A stretch of DNA of 64,000 bases from Oculina patagonica (Eukaryota), in NCBI RefSeq assembly GCF_052425735.1, contig NC_135761.1, positions 7,998,001 to 8,062,000 on the forward strand, in the 5' to 3' direction. Under the pieces are notes generated by a model that worked only from the letters and a program-made list of their open reading frames with translations, did no database searches and was not told where the DNA came from. Position 1 is the first letter of the stretch. Every line of letters begins with the position of its first letter. A program made the position numbers and the translations under genes. Positions 38,001-48,798 of the stretch are shown here, piece after piece.

Positions 38001-41000
38001 GAGCTGAAACGTCGGTTTGAAATAGCGTCAAGGTTCTTCTACTCTTTATTATTTGTTCTGCAAGGATATCTGGCGTTAATAATGAAGAAAAAGGTAAGTT
38101 TGTCGCGGAATTTTTAGTTTTGCTTGTAAACATTCCCTTCGAGTGGGCTCACATAAACATTGCAGCCGAGATTGCGCAGTACGGACTGGAATTCATCTTT
38201 AAGTTCGGACGTATTTCAAAACTCTGTAAACAGATCGAATGTTTGGTTGCTTAATAGGTAACCAGGGAAAATGGCATTTAAAAAGCCAACTATGGGTAGG
38301 CGGTTGAATTTCTCTGAAACACAGGTTCCCTGCATGAGCATTCTGTCAATGAGCAAACTATTGTTGCTTGTTGTCAAGGTAACCATTACACTGAAAGGAT
38401 CCAAAGACTGGGCCATCATTGATGAGGTCAACAAACTTGGGCTAAGAGGCGAGAATTCCGTAAACAAAGATTATGTGGACAAAGAAATGGACCTTAAAGT
38501 CGAGATAACTGTGGGAGCTGGTCAAGGAAAAGCCGTGTCTTTCCCTGTGGTCCCTAGAACTTTAGGCCTCGTGCCAATTGAAGTGCGAGCTCAGTCCTCG
38601 AGGAGCGCTGATGCTGTCAAGAGAAACTTGCTGGTGGAGGTAAATATTGATTAATTAGAATGAACATTTTTGTCATAAGTGTAGTAGCCTCCTACACTGA
38701 AGTTCTTTTGGCTTGTCACGCAATCCAGCGATGAGGGAAGAAAGGATTGCGTGACGAGCCGAAAAAAAACATCTGTGTGATAGGCTATAAATGTAGTAAA
38801 CACCGTGAAACTCACCACTTTAAAGTTGACTGTTGGAAGGATTTGGCGTAAACACAAAGCCAATGCGGGAGAAAGCGTGTGAAAAAATTGGTGACACAGA
38901 AAAAAAAAGAGATGGGAGGGGGCGCTGGTTTTTAAGAGACTGTTACCCTTCCCACCAGATATATTTCTTTTGCTTCATTATCTGATTGGTTTATTACACT
39001 CTTGCTGTTACACTGAAAGGTAACAACGTTGGTTCTTGTCTTATCACTTTCAAGAGGAAAGTGGTGAGAGAACGTTCTTTATGTAGAGACACTTTACTCA
39101 CACAGCTTTGACTTAAATATATTTATTGTATTTTTTTCTTAGCCCGAAGGAGTTCCACAGGAATACTCCATCAGTATGTTGTTGGATCTTAATTCAAGTA
39201 AGCAAAAACTGTTACCATTTTAGTTCTAGTGTCGATTTTAGTAAATTATTGCTTAGCAACCTCTAACTTTCTAACAAAAATCGCGAGCTCAGTCATTTCT
39301 CAGAGACATCAGACTAGAAATGGTCTTTATCACTTCTGCTGCATAGATCCAGAACTCAGCCGGTATAAGTTCAAATTTTTCACGAAATTGTTCACTTAAC
39401 ATGCTTTACAGAGAATTTTATTTTGACCGTGTTATTCAAATACTTTTTTGAATTTTTATTTCTTTTTATCGTGTATTAAAAGCAATTTTTTATAAAAAAA
39501 AAAATTTTTCTATTAAGATTAGGCGCTTAGTGTGCAAGAGTAAAACCTAGAAAATAATTAGTGAGAGATGAAAAAAAAATTCCAACAATTTAACTGGTAA
39601 ATTTCTATCAGAATGTTTGCCTTTGTTCTCACAACCTTGGTTAGTCTTCAATCTCACCGTGACTAACCGTTGTGTGACCTTGTTGCAGCCTCAAGCCTGT
39701 CACACACAGTGGCTCTTAGTGTGCCACCAAACACTGTCAAGGGATCTGCGCGAGCGACAGTGTCAGTGATGGGTATGTTTCATTTCAGAAGACGAAGTGT
39801 TCAACATGAGTAATTATTTTGTTCACAATCATTGCTAGCAAACAGTTTTCAATTTAGCAGTTTGAAAATGCCAGCTCTTTCTCAATGTTCAGTACAAATT
39901 GTAGCTTATGTGTAGCTGTACCCACCCCCCCCCCCACCCCGAGGTAAAACGGACAGGTGGGGGGGGCGTGGTACGGCTACACGTAGGCTATACAGTTTGA
40001 TGACTTGCTCTTATATTACTGGCAAACGATTTTTTTGGTTAATTATTCTCTACGGGTGATTTTTCGTGATCTCAACTTGCTTGGGAGTAGGTGGAGTAGC
40101 TTGGTTGTTAAAGCACGCGACGGCTGGGAACTGGACACCAAAAAACGTATTCTGTTTCGTCATTGAGTCATTACATGTAAGACCACCCTGGATATCGATA
40201 GCGTCTCATTTCTCTAACTGAATTAATAACTCTTTCTCTTTATGCGGAGGCGTAGTTATCCTCGATTGAGGGATGCCTATACGAGTTGAACTGTTGTAGA
40301 TTTTATAACATTTTTGACTCGTACGTTTTCAATCGCCCCTGGTACCAGCTCTGTGTTTGATACAATCTCATTAACAAATAAAGCCATCGCTCAACGCGTA
40401 ACGCTTTCAACGCGAGCTGCCTCTGTGATTTGTATGACCCATTTGTCTTGATTGTTAGGTGACATTCTTGGTTCTTCCATAAACAACCTGGATCAGTTAG
40501 TGCGCATGCCCTATGGCTGTGGAGAGCAGAACATGGTGAACTTCGCTCCGAACATCTACGTCATGAAATACTTGAAGACTGTTAACCAGCTGACTCAGAG
40601 TATCCAAAACAAAGCCAAAAACTTCATGATCGCAGGTCAGTGATATTGAGTTTGTCAGTGCCTATTAGACCTGTATTGATCCGGCCGTGATATTGTGAAC
40701 AGGGCCTTACGGTTTTCAGACCAGGTTGAACTGTTCTTGAACTATTCACTTTTTCATCCGTGTGCCCTCCCCCCTCCCCAGGGATATTTGAGTCAACACA
40801 AATCTACAACCCCTGACAAAAGTGTTGGGAACTTTTGCACTTCTGTTCCTCCCCTACCCTCCTCCATTCAATGTTGAGCGAAAAGCACACACATGATTGT
40901 AAAGTAAGAAACCAACATTGATAAGAGGGAACGGGGCGATATTAGAGAAGTACAGTAATGGGGGGTGGCTACATTGAATTCGAAACTGTCTTTAATAGGG

Positions 41001-44000
41001 CATGTTTTGAGAACCATCCCAACTATTTTTGACTGGGATTGTAGAATGTTCCCTGTTCTTGTTTTGTTTCCCTCCACGAACTTATTTTCTCTTGCATGGC
41101 TTGGTACCGAGCCTAATTAAATCTAGCATGTGAAGTTTAAGTAAAGAACAGTGGATTAAAAAAACTAATTTTAGTAGTGTGAGATGGAGGGGAAATAAGT
41201 CGATCCCGTACTGTTGGGGTGAAGTGGTGGGGTTATGACCTGAAGGGGAATCGAAATAGGTTCGAGTTAGCGGGAGGTTTGAGTTACTGAGGGTTCGAGT
41301 TATCGGGATTCAAGTGTATTCAATTCTTGGTTACATGATGCATTCTGTATGCGTCAGAATTCTGTGCAGTTCGGGGTTGTGTTTGAGTAACCTTAGGTTA
41401 AGTTTTTCCTTTGATAATATCTCAATTCCTTTACAGGTTATCAACGTGAACAGACCTATCGCCACAAGGAAGGTTCTTACAGCGCTTTTGGTGAACGTGA
41501 TGGGACTGGAAGCATGTGGTAAGAACTGGACCGTAGTGTTAACCCTGCGCCCCAATATCCACACAAAAATTTTCCTGACTGATCGCCATACATTTTCTTG
41601 TAGTATTAGTTGGGAGATTTTTGTTAATGTCGTAAAACCAAAACCAAAGTAATCACTCTAGTCAATCACAAACAACATAGACAGTCCAGTAAACCAATCA
41701 AAACTCATAGGAAATACATGTAGCTGGCACGAAGTGCGGGAAAATGTGCACAATGTTGGAAAGCGAGAGCCAAGCAATTTCCCTTTGGTGATCATTTTAT
41801 AAATTCTCTTAAGCCTTTCTCGGTCTTGATTAAGAACTGTTATTGTGAGGAGAAATGTGATGTTGGTCACTTTTAAGACTTGAAGGGATAAGGAACTGCA
41901 GACTGCAGTCAGACGCTTTAACACCTACAACAGAATAACTTTTATGGAAATTTGTTTGCGTTCAGTGGCTAGTTTGGAACTTTCCATTTACTTGGAGCGG
42001 TTTCTTGTCTCTTCGTAGGCTGACTGCGTTTGTTGCGAAATCGTTCGCACAAGCACGAGCATTCATTCCCGAATACATAGACGACAAGTTGCTAGAGGAA
42101 AGCCTTGCATGGATGGCTCGTCAAACTAACAGAGATGGATCCATCAAAAAAGTTGGCCAGGTTCACAGCAGTGTGCTGAAGGTACGCTACTTACTACCGC
42201 TAATTTGTTTTCTTCGATTTAAAGAATACATTATCCAGGTTGGTCGATATACGGAAGTTGTCTTCCATTCCTGTTGCAAGACTTTAACATCTTACAGACA
42301 GACAGACAGACGACAGACAGACAGACAGAAGAAGAAGAAGAGGGGGCGGGCGCGGGGAGACAGACAGACAGACAGACACTTTATACAGAATTCATAAAGG
42401 TTGCACTTATTTACAATGCAGCAGAGCTGTGCGTCTAAAATTAATTTATTCAAGTTAATCTAAAATAATTTAAAACAGTATAATTAAAATAGTAATACTT
42501 ATTCCAAGCAGGCTATAAAGTATGTAGTACGGTTCTTTTTTCTTCTTCTTAGAATTTAAGTGTAAATATTTTAACTTTAAATAGCTTAGATATATAATAA
42601 TGTAAATAGTGTCCACAGTTTTCAGACACTTTAATAAAGTATTTCAATTTCAAATTTCAAGACATCTTGCCAGTGTAGTAAACGTCTGTTTCTTTGTGTT
42701 TTAGGGCGGTCAGACGGGTGTTATTTCTCTTACCGCATATGTGCTCATTGCTTTGGCTGAAGCGAACTCCAAGTCTCGGGTAAGATGTGGTGGAATTGGT
42801 GGGTGTAGGGGCAGAAACAAAAAGAGGAAGAAGAATACGCGAACGTGTCACCAGCAATCAACAAAGTTATGATATCTTGTTATAGAATAATGCATAAATA
42901 TCCACTTATTCAAGAAGTTCGTTGTATAAGGCACAAAACAGATGTTCCTTTTTATTTTCAACCGAATTACTAAGTCTGCATTTAAAATTAAAGTGCGACA
43001 GACGTGGCTGTTAAGTGCTATAAATCTGAAAAGAAACCTTGGAAATGTTTGAGTAGGGTCATGTAGAAATGGCTGTGTGTATAAAAGCTAGTGACAATCT
43101 AAAGGTTATCTAAAACTCTGTATATCTTATGTCAGAAGCTTGTTGGGGCACAAAATGTATATCAGAAGCTTTGCTGTGCAAGCCATATACAAGAAAGCTA
43201 TCGATTCGTTATTTTTTACACGGTTACATTTGTTTGCATTGCAGGCTGTCATTAATGCCAAGAATAACGCAATAACTTTCCTGGAAAACAAGGTTAACGC
43301 GATGTCGAGTGATATAAAAGACTCCTACACCTTAGCTATCACTGCGTACGTATTGTCTTTGGTTGGAAGTGCTAAGAAGACAAAAGCCCTTACAGAACTG
43401 CGTAAAATGGCTATTGAAAAAGGTTAGGCTAAAATATGAGGGGATGTTACTACAGAATAGCAATGGTTAATGATGACGTTTTCGTTGTTGTAACCTTGCT
43501 TTGCTTTAAAGCATTCGCGGGAAAATTCTCGTTTAAGCAACAGATATTGGTATGGCTCTGTATTCTTGCTTTAGCTAGAATTGTGCTTGTGCTCATCAAG
43601 TATTCGCACCTTTGCAACGAGAAGAAAGCTGGGGCGAGTCTTATCTCGTAGTGGCTTGTGGGACCGTTGCTGGGGACAATTTGGCTACATCAGTATCGGA
43701 CCCACAAACAAGGGGAGATGCACCCCAGATTTCTCGTTTCTGAAGAGGGGAGTGTTAAAGGCGTTGTATAGACCTCTGAGTCAGGGAAGCGTGGTGACCT
43801 AAAGTGTTTAGTTAGTGCACTTGATCCCGGATTGAGCGGTCTGGGTTCAAGCCTTAGCCGGTCACTGTGATGTGTTCTTGGGCAAGACACTTTACTCTTA
43901 TAGTGCCTCCCTTCACTTAGGTGTATAAATGTGTACTTGCGATTTTAATGCTGGCGGGTAGCTCTGCGATGGACTAGCATCTCATCCAGAGGAAGTAGAA

Positions 44001-47000
44001 ATACTCCCAGTCGCTTTATGCTACAGTAACCGGCATTAGCTCACTCCTGGTGGGCGGCCCACTAGGCTCGTATGTAGACTTTACCTTACCCTTAAAGACC
44101 TTTGAAATTTTTTGTTTCTATATCCTGTACATGTTATGCCTGCGTGCCTTTATGCGAGTCGCATTACATATTATTCTGCTCAACGTTTCAGATGGTCTGA
44201 TTTACTGGGAAGAAAAGCAAGATGTTAGCAAACCGAGCGACAATCCGTGGTTTCGACCATATTACCGGCCTCGCTCGGCTGATATCGAAATCACTGCCTA
44301 CGCTCTGTTGGCTTACTCGGTAAACAAGGACATCAGTGTCGGCCTGCCAATATCACGCTGGTTATCCCAGCAGAGGAACTCAATGGGAGGTTACTCTTCA
44401 ACTCAGGTATACTATATCTCATTTACAGCTTTTGTAAAATATCTTTTCCAAGTTGTGCTGTTATTTCACCATTTGCTACCAGTTACATATTTCCTTTGGT
44501 TGTCGCTTGTTTAGTGTTTTCCGCGCTTGCCACCCGTGACGCGTTTTCCCGCGCTTCTTAGCGGATGCAAGCTTCCCGCGCTTTCCTTTGCTGACATGTT
44601 TCCCCGCACTTGCCAGTGGTTACATATTTTCCCGTGCTTCTCGCCGTTTACGTGTTTTCCCGCTCTTGCTAATTGTTACAAGTTTCCTGCCCTTTTCACA
44701 GGTTACATACAGTCGATTACATGGTTTCCCCTGTTAGTTTTTTTTTTTTTTGTCACTGGTGGCATGTTTTCCCGTTCTAGCCTTGTGATAATGGGTGGGA
44801 GGGTTTGCCACCGATTACAGCCCCCCCCTCCGAGATAAATCTTCCCGGCCTTCCATTTTGTTTGTTGCTTGGGGTCGTGGTTATTTGCTTTGTAAAAACT
44901 GGTTGCAGTTTTGCGACAGTCATAAGAAAAGTAATCAATGAATGCATTTTTCAATTTCGTAGGATACCGTGGTTGGCCTCCAGGCCCTCTCGGAGTTCGC
45001 CGAGCTGATTTATACCCCGGATATTGACTTTACTGTTCAGCTGTCTTCGAGTGCAGATTCTAACTTCAGGAAAATAATGACTGTCAATCAACAGAACTCC
45101 ATGGTACTGCAGTTAGTGGAGGTAATACATTATTCTTACTTAATTTCATGAGTTATTATTATACAGTCAACTCTCTCTTAACGGACACCTCTATAAGACG
45201 GACACCTCCATAAGACGGACACCTGGTTATGGTCCCTGCCGTTTTTCAGTCATTTTACCGTAAGAAAACTCTCTGTAAGACGGACACCTCTCTAAGACGG
45301 ACAACGGACACTTTGAAACCGCCAACGGACAGGCATTAAAAGTTATTTTTTCGTGAATAATACTTCAAAACTTGTTATCGACATATAGCAAAGCAGGTCA
45401 GCGCCTTTAGAATACCAAATTTACCAAAAAACAATCCGCTAAAACGCATTACTTCTCTGCTTAAACTTGTAGATTTAGTTTTCTACTTACAGTATCACAG
45501 TTTGTTATTAACAAACAAGTCGAATCTCTGATATTATTTAACGTAAGCGACTAAAACAGACGTGTATTCGTTGTGCATAGCCGTTTAGCTTTATCGTCTC
45601 AAAATTTCTGGTGTCACGTTACCTCGACTCTCTATAAGGCGGACACCTCTATAAGACGGACAGTTGGGGCCGGTCCCGACGGTGTCCGTCTTAGAGAGAG
45701 TTGACTGTAATCCATTTATTGTAGTCCTACAGCCTCGAATTAACTAGTGTTCTGAAAACTTGTAAATTTGTAAAAGTCTGTGAACGAAATCTTATTAATT
45801 AACCATTCAAATGAAAGCTAGTGAGTAATAAATTAATGTGCCACTATATATAATGCCGTACGAGGTGCTTGAAACTATTTAATTTGTGGATGAAAACCCT
45901 TAGGTGTGAACATCCAAGCGTAATGGATTCAATAAAAAAATCTGTGGATAAATTACCATGCGAATTTTTGAACTTTTGCGCGTGGAGTTGTTCGTGATTT
46001 TTACGATTACAAGAAAACACGAAATGAAAGTGTAATGTAACAGTTTCAATAAAGACGGTTTGAGTAATCAGCGAGTAGCAACAGTTTATTGTTTTTCTTT
46101 AACAGATTCCAAATGTGGCTGGTTCCCTTTCTGTGTCGGCAAATGGGCGCGGAATAGGAATGCTACAGGTAAGATATAAAAAGCTTAAAACACGTGTATA
46201 CAGTCGATATTCTTTTTATACCTCTTAGAAAACCAGCCTTGGAAGCGGTTTTAAAAAATTAGGGGAAAAAAAAGGGGTACTATATACCACCACCTCGTGC
46301 AATCGAAGAGATACGAAATCTCTCAGGTTTGCCTGGTGCAAACACAAGGGCACGGGAATTTCTCGTTTTCAAAACTTTTCTGAACAGTAAATAAGTGAAT
46401 TTTCAGTGTGAGTTGTACCTCCAAGACCCATCCAAGGCCACATAATCCAGCGATTTGCTTGAACCTCGCCATAGCTTTCCTCGCGAACACTCGTCGCGCT
46501 CTCCTTGGCACGCTGTCCTCGCGCGCATAGTTATGGGAGCACTCTCCACTGTTGACTTAGTCGCATGATAAATGGCTGTCGTTATTTCACTTCAGGTCGG
46601 TGTCACTTACAATGTGGACAAAGCTCCTGACGAGAGTTCTTTCGATTTCTTGTTGGAAGTCATCCGGGAAACTAAGTATGAAATCGAGGTCAAAGCGTGC
46701 TCGATGTGGAGTGAGAACGACCAGGATTCGGGTATGGCCGTCATGGATGTCGGGATACCCTCGGGATTCGAACTGGACTGGAACAGTGTCGAAAAGGTAA
46801 CGATGGACACAAAATTAATAGCTCTGTGGCTTCTTTTATTGCTAAGAGAAAATATGTCGCAGAAGTTCTTTTGTGTGTGACAAGTAACGCAATTTCTGTC
46901 CAATAGATTGCGAGATGACAAAAGAATCTCCTCATGTGAAAGTCGAGTTAATCAATTGCGTATAGTTGTTGTTTTTCTTTATCTCATCCAGATCATGTCA

Positions 47001-48798
47001 GATCCATCTCTGAAACTCAAGCGCGTGGAGTCTCCAGATCGCAAAGTGCTTTTCTACTTTGACGAGGTAATCATTTGCATCCGTGTTTTAATTTCAGTCA
47101 AGAATCCAGTAATCCTTACTCAGGCCCTGCTTGTTGTAATGGTTGGATAACACTATCCACCTAATAAATCACTATCCAATGGATTAATAGTTGGCGAAAT
47201 CAACAACGGTGTCCGCTGGATAGCGTTATACATCATTTCAACGACTGGGTACCAGCTAACTGCTGTCGGGAAACGCCGCAAAATTCCCCGTGGAGACGTG
47301 TGGGATGGAGGTAGGAGGGCTGGCTTGAATCCTGCGTTAGACTCTCTTCCTATTCAGGGGGGTAAAATGAAATATCTAGGGAGCGGGCTGAATAAATCCA
47401 GAGGGTTGCACTCAAACTATTCTAAACACCCCGTTTGTAAAGGCCAGGCCAGACGTGCCGTCGTTTCTTACGAGAAAACTGTGAGGCAGCTTGGGGACGA
47501 GACAGGCAAAAAAAAAAAAACAGGCCTTGGAGCCAAGAACTATACATTTGAAAATGAGTTAGTTTCTTATTATGTCTAAATTTGTCGCGGGGGGGGGGGG
47601 GGGTGTCATTAACAAATGTTAAATGTGGTTTTCAGATCCCATCAAGTCGGATGGTATGCGTCACAGTGACGTTTCAACGTGCTTATGACGTAGGCAAACC
47701 TCAACCTTCCTCGGCATCCGTGTACAGTTACTACGAACCAGGTAAAATAAGCTGACACTTCATTTTCTTACGATTAAGAGTTTGTTTGAGACAGGGTTTG
47801 TATCGGCCCTGGAAACGCTGGTAAGTCTTGCATTCCGGCACTCCAGTATTCTCTAGGATTGGGAAGATCTGGAAAATGCGTGATTTATTTGCTTGCCCAA
47901 GAAAGTTCTGGAGACGGTAAAATCGAGTGGAAAACTGAAGTGACTCAGAAAAACTGCCCGTCTCGAAACAAACTAACGAGGATTTTGCTAAAGTCACTAG
48001 TAATTTTCAGAGGGCTCTGCTTTTCTGATTGCGCATTTTAAAAGAACCGAACCTTCGGTTATTTCAACGAGGATTTGTGCAATAAAGTCACTGCTTAATC
48101 CAAGCCAGTCGTAAAAGTCATAAGAAACCTTAACATAGTAGTGCAATACGACAGAGCGCAAGAGACGCGGTAGCCTAATAGTTTGTGCGCAGGACTCCGG
48201 ATCGAACGGTCCTGGTTCGGGCCCTGGCAGGGTTCACTGTGTCGTGTTTTTGGGCAAGACACTTTACTCTCATAGTGCTTCTCTCCACCCAGGTGTATAA
48301 ATGGGTACTGGCAAATTTACTGCTGGGGGGCACGATAGACTAGTATCCAATCCATGTAGAAGTAGAAATATTCCTAGTCGCTTCATGCTGCGGAAACCGG
48401 CCTGATCGGCGACTAGGCTCAAACGCAGACTTTACCTTAACCTTAAAGGTAGAAAAGCAACAAAGAGCTAATTATAAACCAAAAAGGAGCAGGCATGATT
48501 AAAATTTGGGAAGACAGAGATTATGAATGACAAACTAAATTTTAAAAAGTGCACCACCCGTCTCGTTTAACTGATCGTTCGTTCCTTTGCTGTAGGAAAC
48601 CGTGCCGCTGCCCTGTATGCCGTGGACTCACTTGCAGATCAAGGCGTTTGTCGTGTCTGCCCCGATTGCGTCAACTGCGAAGTAAGGGACGAGCCCACAG
48701 GGCAACCAAAAAAGAGCTCGGCACCAGGATTGATGGCTGCGATTGGCAGCGGGGGAATGGCGCTACTGTCGCTGATGTTGTTGGTTGCATTGAAGTGA
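11025..48798 (+). CDS. CD109: CD109-like / iTEP thioester-containing protein (A2M superfamily), 37 coding exons, predicted GPI-anchored
   Basis: Exons: 11025-11083, 13820-13983, 14584-14609, 16024-16183, 16674-16726, 17292-17309, 17504-17555, 17753-17829, 17922-17961, 24078-24162, 25307-25403, 26100-26366, 26955-27146, 28031-28141, 29004-29066, 29239-29433, 30081-30239, 31007-31138, 31856-31946, [one of five cassettes in 32970-36010], 36674-36791, 37136-37249, 38379-38639, 39143-39197, 39689-39772, 40459-40635, 41437-41518, 42019-42181, 42705-42779, 43245-43422, 44192-44406, 44963-45121, 46106-46168, 46596-46796, 46992-47066, 47636-47741, 48596-48798. All junctions are GT-AG and phase-compatible. 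Motifs: signal peptide, [92 protein letters not shown], CxxCxxCxxC, hydrophobic C-tail. Strict CD109 orthology is untested. Confidence 0.93.
11410..12051. mobile_element. Harbinger-like non-autonomous element, same family as 7385-8783, opposite orientation
   Basis: ggccctgttagg...ccctaacagggcc termini; internal ctcctgctctgtgtac repeats are the reverse complement of those in 7385-8783. Confidence 0.6.
12395..12879. mobile_element. Tc1/mariner-type MITE
   Basis: TA-ccgtatttacttgaataagcgcc...ggcgcatattcaagtaaatacgg-TA, with internal aataagcgccg repeats. Confidence 0.8.
18555..22332 (-). CDS. LINE ORF2: APE endonuclease + reverse transcriptase + CCHC, split by one 43-nt frameshifting duplication at ~20462-20504
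   Basis: APE motifs LNVRG, LQET, NVYAP, GGDWN, SRIDY, DH. RT motifs [38 protein letters not shown]-terminal CTYC...H...C. Confidence 0.92.
22814..23715 (-). CDS. LINE ORF1 (coiled coil + RRM-like, L1/Transposase_22 type)
   Basis: Heptad coiled coil followed by [33 protein letters not shown]. First ATG at ~23715. Confidence 0.88.
25648..25840 (-). mobile_element. 5'-truncated RTE-clade LINE 3' fragment
   Basis: [18 protein letters not shown]...ARDRHVWR; 13-bp TSD aaatagttattaa at 25635-25647 and 25841-25853. Confidence 0.85.
27434..27875. mobile_element. Tc1/mariner-type MITE
   Basis: TA-ccatatttattcgattaagcgcc...ggcgcttaaacgaataaatacgg-TA, with internal gaataagcgccca repeats. Confidence 0.8.
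28431..28640 (-). mobile_element. Penelope-like retroelement 3' remnant
   Basis: Minus strand reads [26 protein letters not shown], the E..I....P.LN.Q tail of a GIY-YIG domain, followed by pLTR-like cttgataatgacgtt...aacgtcgaaa. Confidence 0.7.
32563..32914. mobile_element. MITE inserted upstream of bait exon A
   Basis: ttaa-gccctg...cagggc-ttaa termini with internal gcaagt/acttgc repeats; interrupts the conserved array spacer. Confidence 0.75.
32970..33093 (+). CDS. TEP alternative bait exon 20A
   Basis: gatag|cag...gcaag|gtaggg; 124 nt, phase 1->2; [41 protein letters not shown]. Confidence 0.85.
33112..33404. mobile_element. hAT-like MITE in the linker after exon A
   Basis: TIR cagggttgccac...gtggcaactctg; absent from the other linkers. 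No clear TSD. Confidence 0.6.
33470..33616 (-). repeat. Inverted non-coding copy 1 of bait exon plus its 3' splice region
   Basis: Reverse complement reads ttattgtatgatag|...[25 protein letters not shown]; in-frame stop and no donor. Confidence 0.9.
33831..33957 (+). CDS. TEP alternative bait exon 20B
   Basis: gatag|cag...gccag|gtagag; 127 nt, phase 1->2; [42 protein letters not shown]. Confidence 0.85.
34063..34162 (-). repeat. Inverted non-coding copy 2 (internally deleted)
   Basis: Keeps the antisense of the acceptor region (cctgctatcatacaataacaac) and of the FPETWIW end; the middle is deleted. Confidence 0.88.
34354..34477 (+). CDS. TEP alternative bait exon 20C
   Basis: gatag|cag...gccag|gtagga; 124 nt, phase 1->2; [41 protein letters not shown]. 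Confidence 0.85.
34559..34711 (-). repeat. Inverted non-coding copy 3
   Basis: Reverse complement gives [30 protein letters not shown], out of frame with its own acceptor and lacking a donor. Confidence 0.9.
34919..35033 (+). CDS. TEP alternative bait exon 20D
   Basis: Tandem acceptors aag|cag|cag (34916/34919/34922, all in frame)...gccag|gtaggg; [38 protein letters not shown]. Confidence 0.83.
35114..35679 (-). repeat. Inverted non-coding copy 4, split by a ~400-bp insertion
   Basis: 35114-35232 is antisense to the exon body ([26 protein letters not shown]); 35634-35679 is antisense to the acceptor region. Confidence 0.88.
35233..35633. mobile_element. Non-autonomous insertion inside inverted copy 4
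   Basis: Direct repeat cagctgc at 35226-35232 and 35634-35640; imperfect TIR ctcctctgcaggctactcc / ggagttgcctgctgaagag. Confidence 0.7.
35881..36010 (+). CDS. TEP alternative bait exon 20E
   Basis: gatag|cag...gccag|gtaggg; 130 nt, phase 1->2; [43 protein letters not shown]. Confidence 0.85.
36170..36410 (+). mobile_element. tRNA-derived SINE (degenerate)
   Basis: B-box-like gagttcaagcc plus core ttggacaagacac...ctcagtgcctctc shared with the copies at 43785 and 48160. Confidence 0.7.
37856..38200. mobile_element. MITE lying between ~70-bp direct repeats (37762-37830 / 38243-38313)
   Basis: TIR aaagctgatttccagtccgtactgcgca...tgcgcagtacggactggaattcatcttt. Confidence 0.65.
42295..42378. repeat. 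Interrupted (GACA)n microsatellite
   Basis: acagacagacag runs on both sides of a short G/A-rich insert. Confidence 0.85.
43785..44091 (+). mobile_element. tRNA-derived SINE
   Basis: A/B-box-like head (gtggtgacct...gggttcaagcc), core gtgttcttgggcaagacactttactc, tail agactttaccttacc. Confidence 0.8.
44515..44780. repeat. Degenerate ~29-bp tandem repeat (ttttcccgcgcttg); second array at ~49900-50035
   Basis: Repeated ttttcccgcgctt...ggttacatg units. Confidence 0.7.
45162..45709. mobile_element. Tc1/mariner-type MITE
   Basis: TA-cagtcaactctctc...gagagagttgactg-TA, with internal taagacggacacct repeats. Confidence 0.85.
48160..48445 (+). mobile_element. tRNA-derived SINE
   Basis: gcggtagcctaa...ggttcgggccc head, same core and agactttaccttaacc tail as the copy at 43785. 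Confidence 0.8.
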
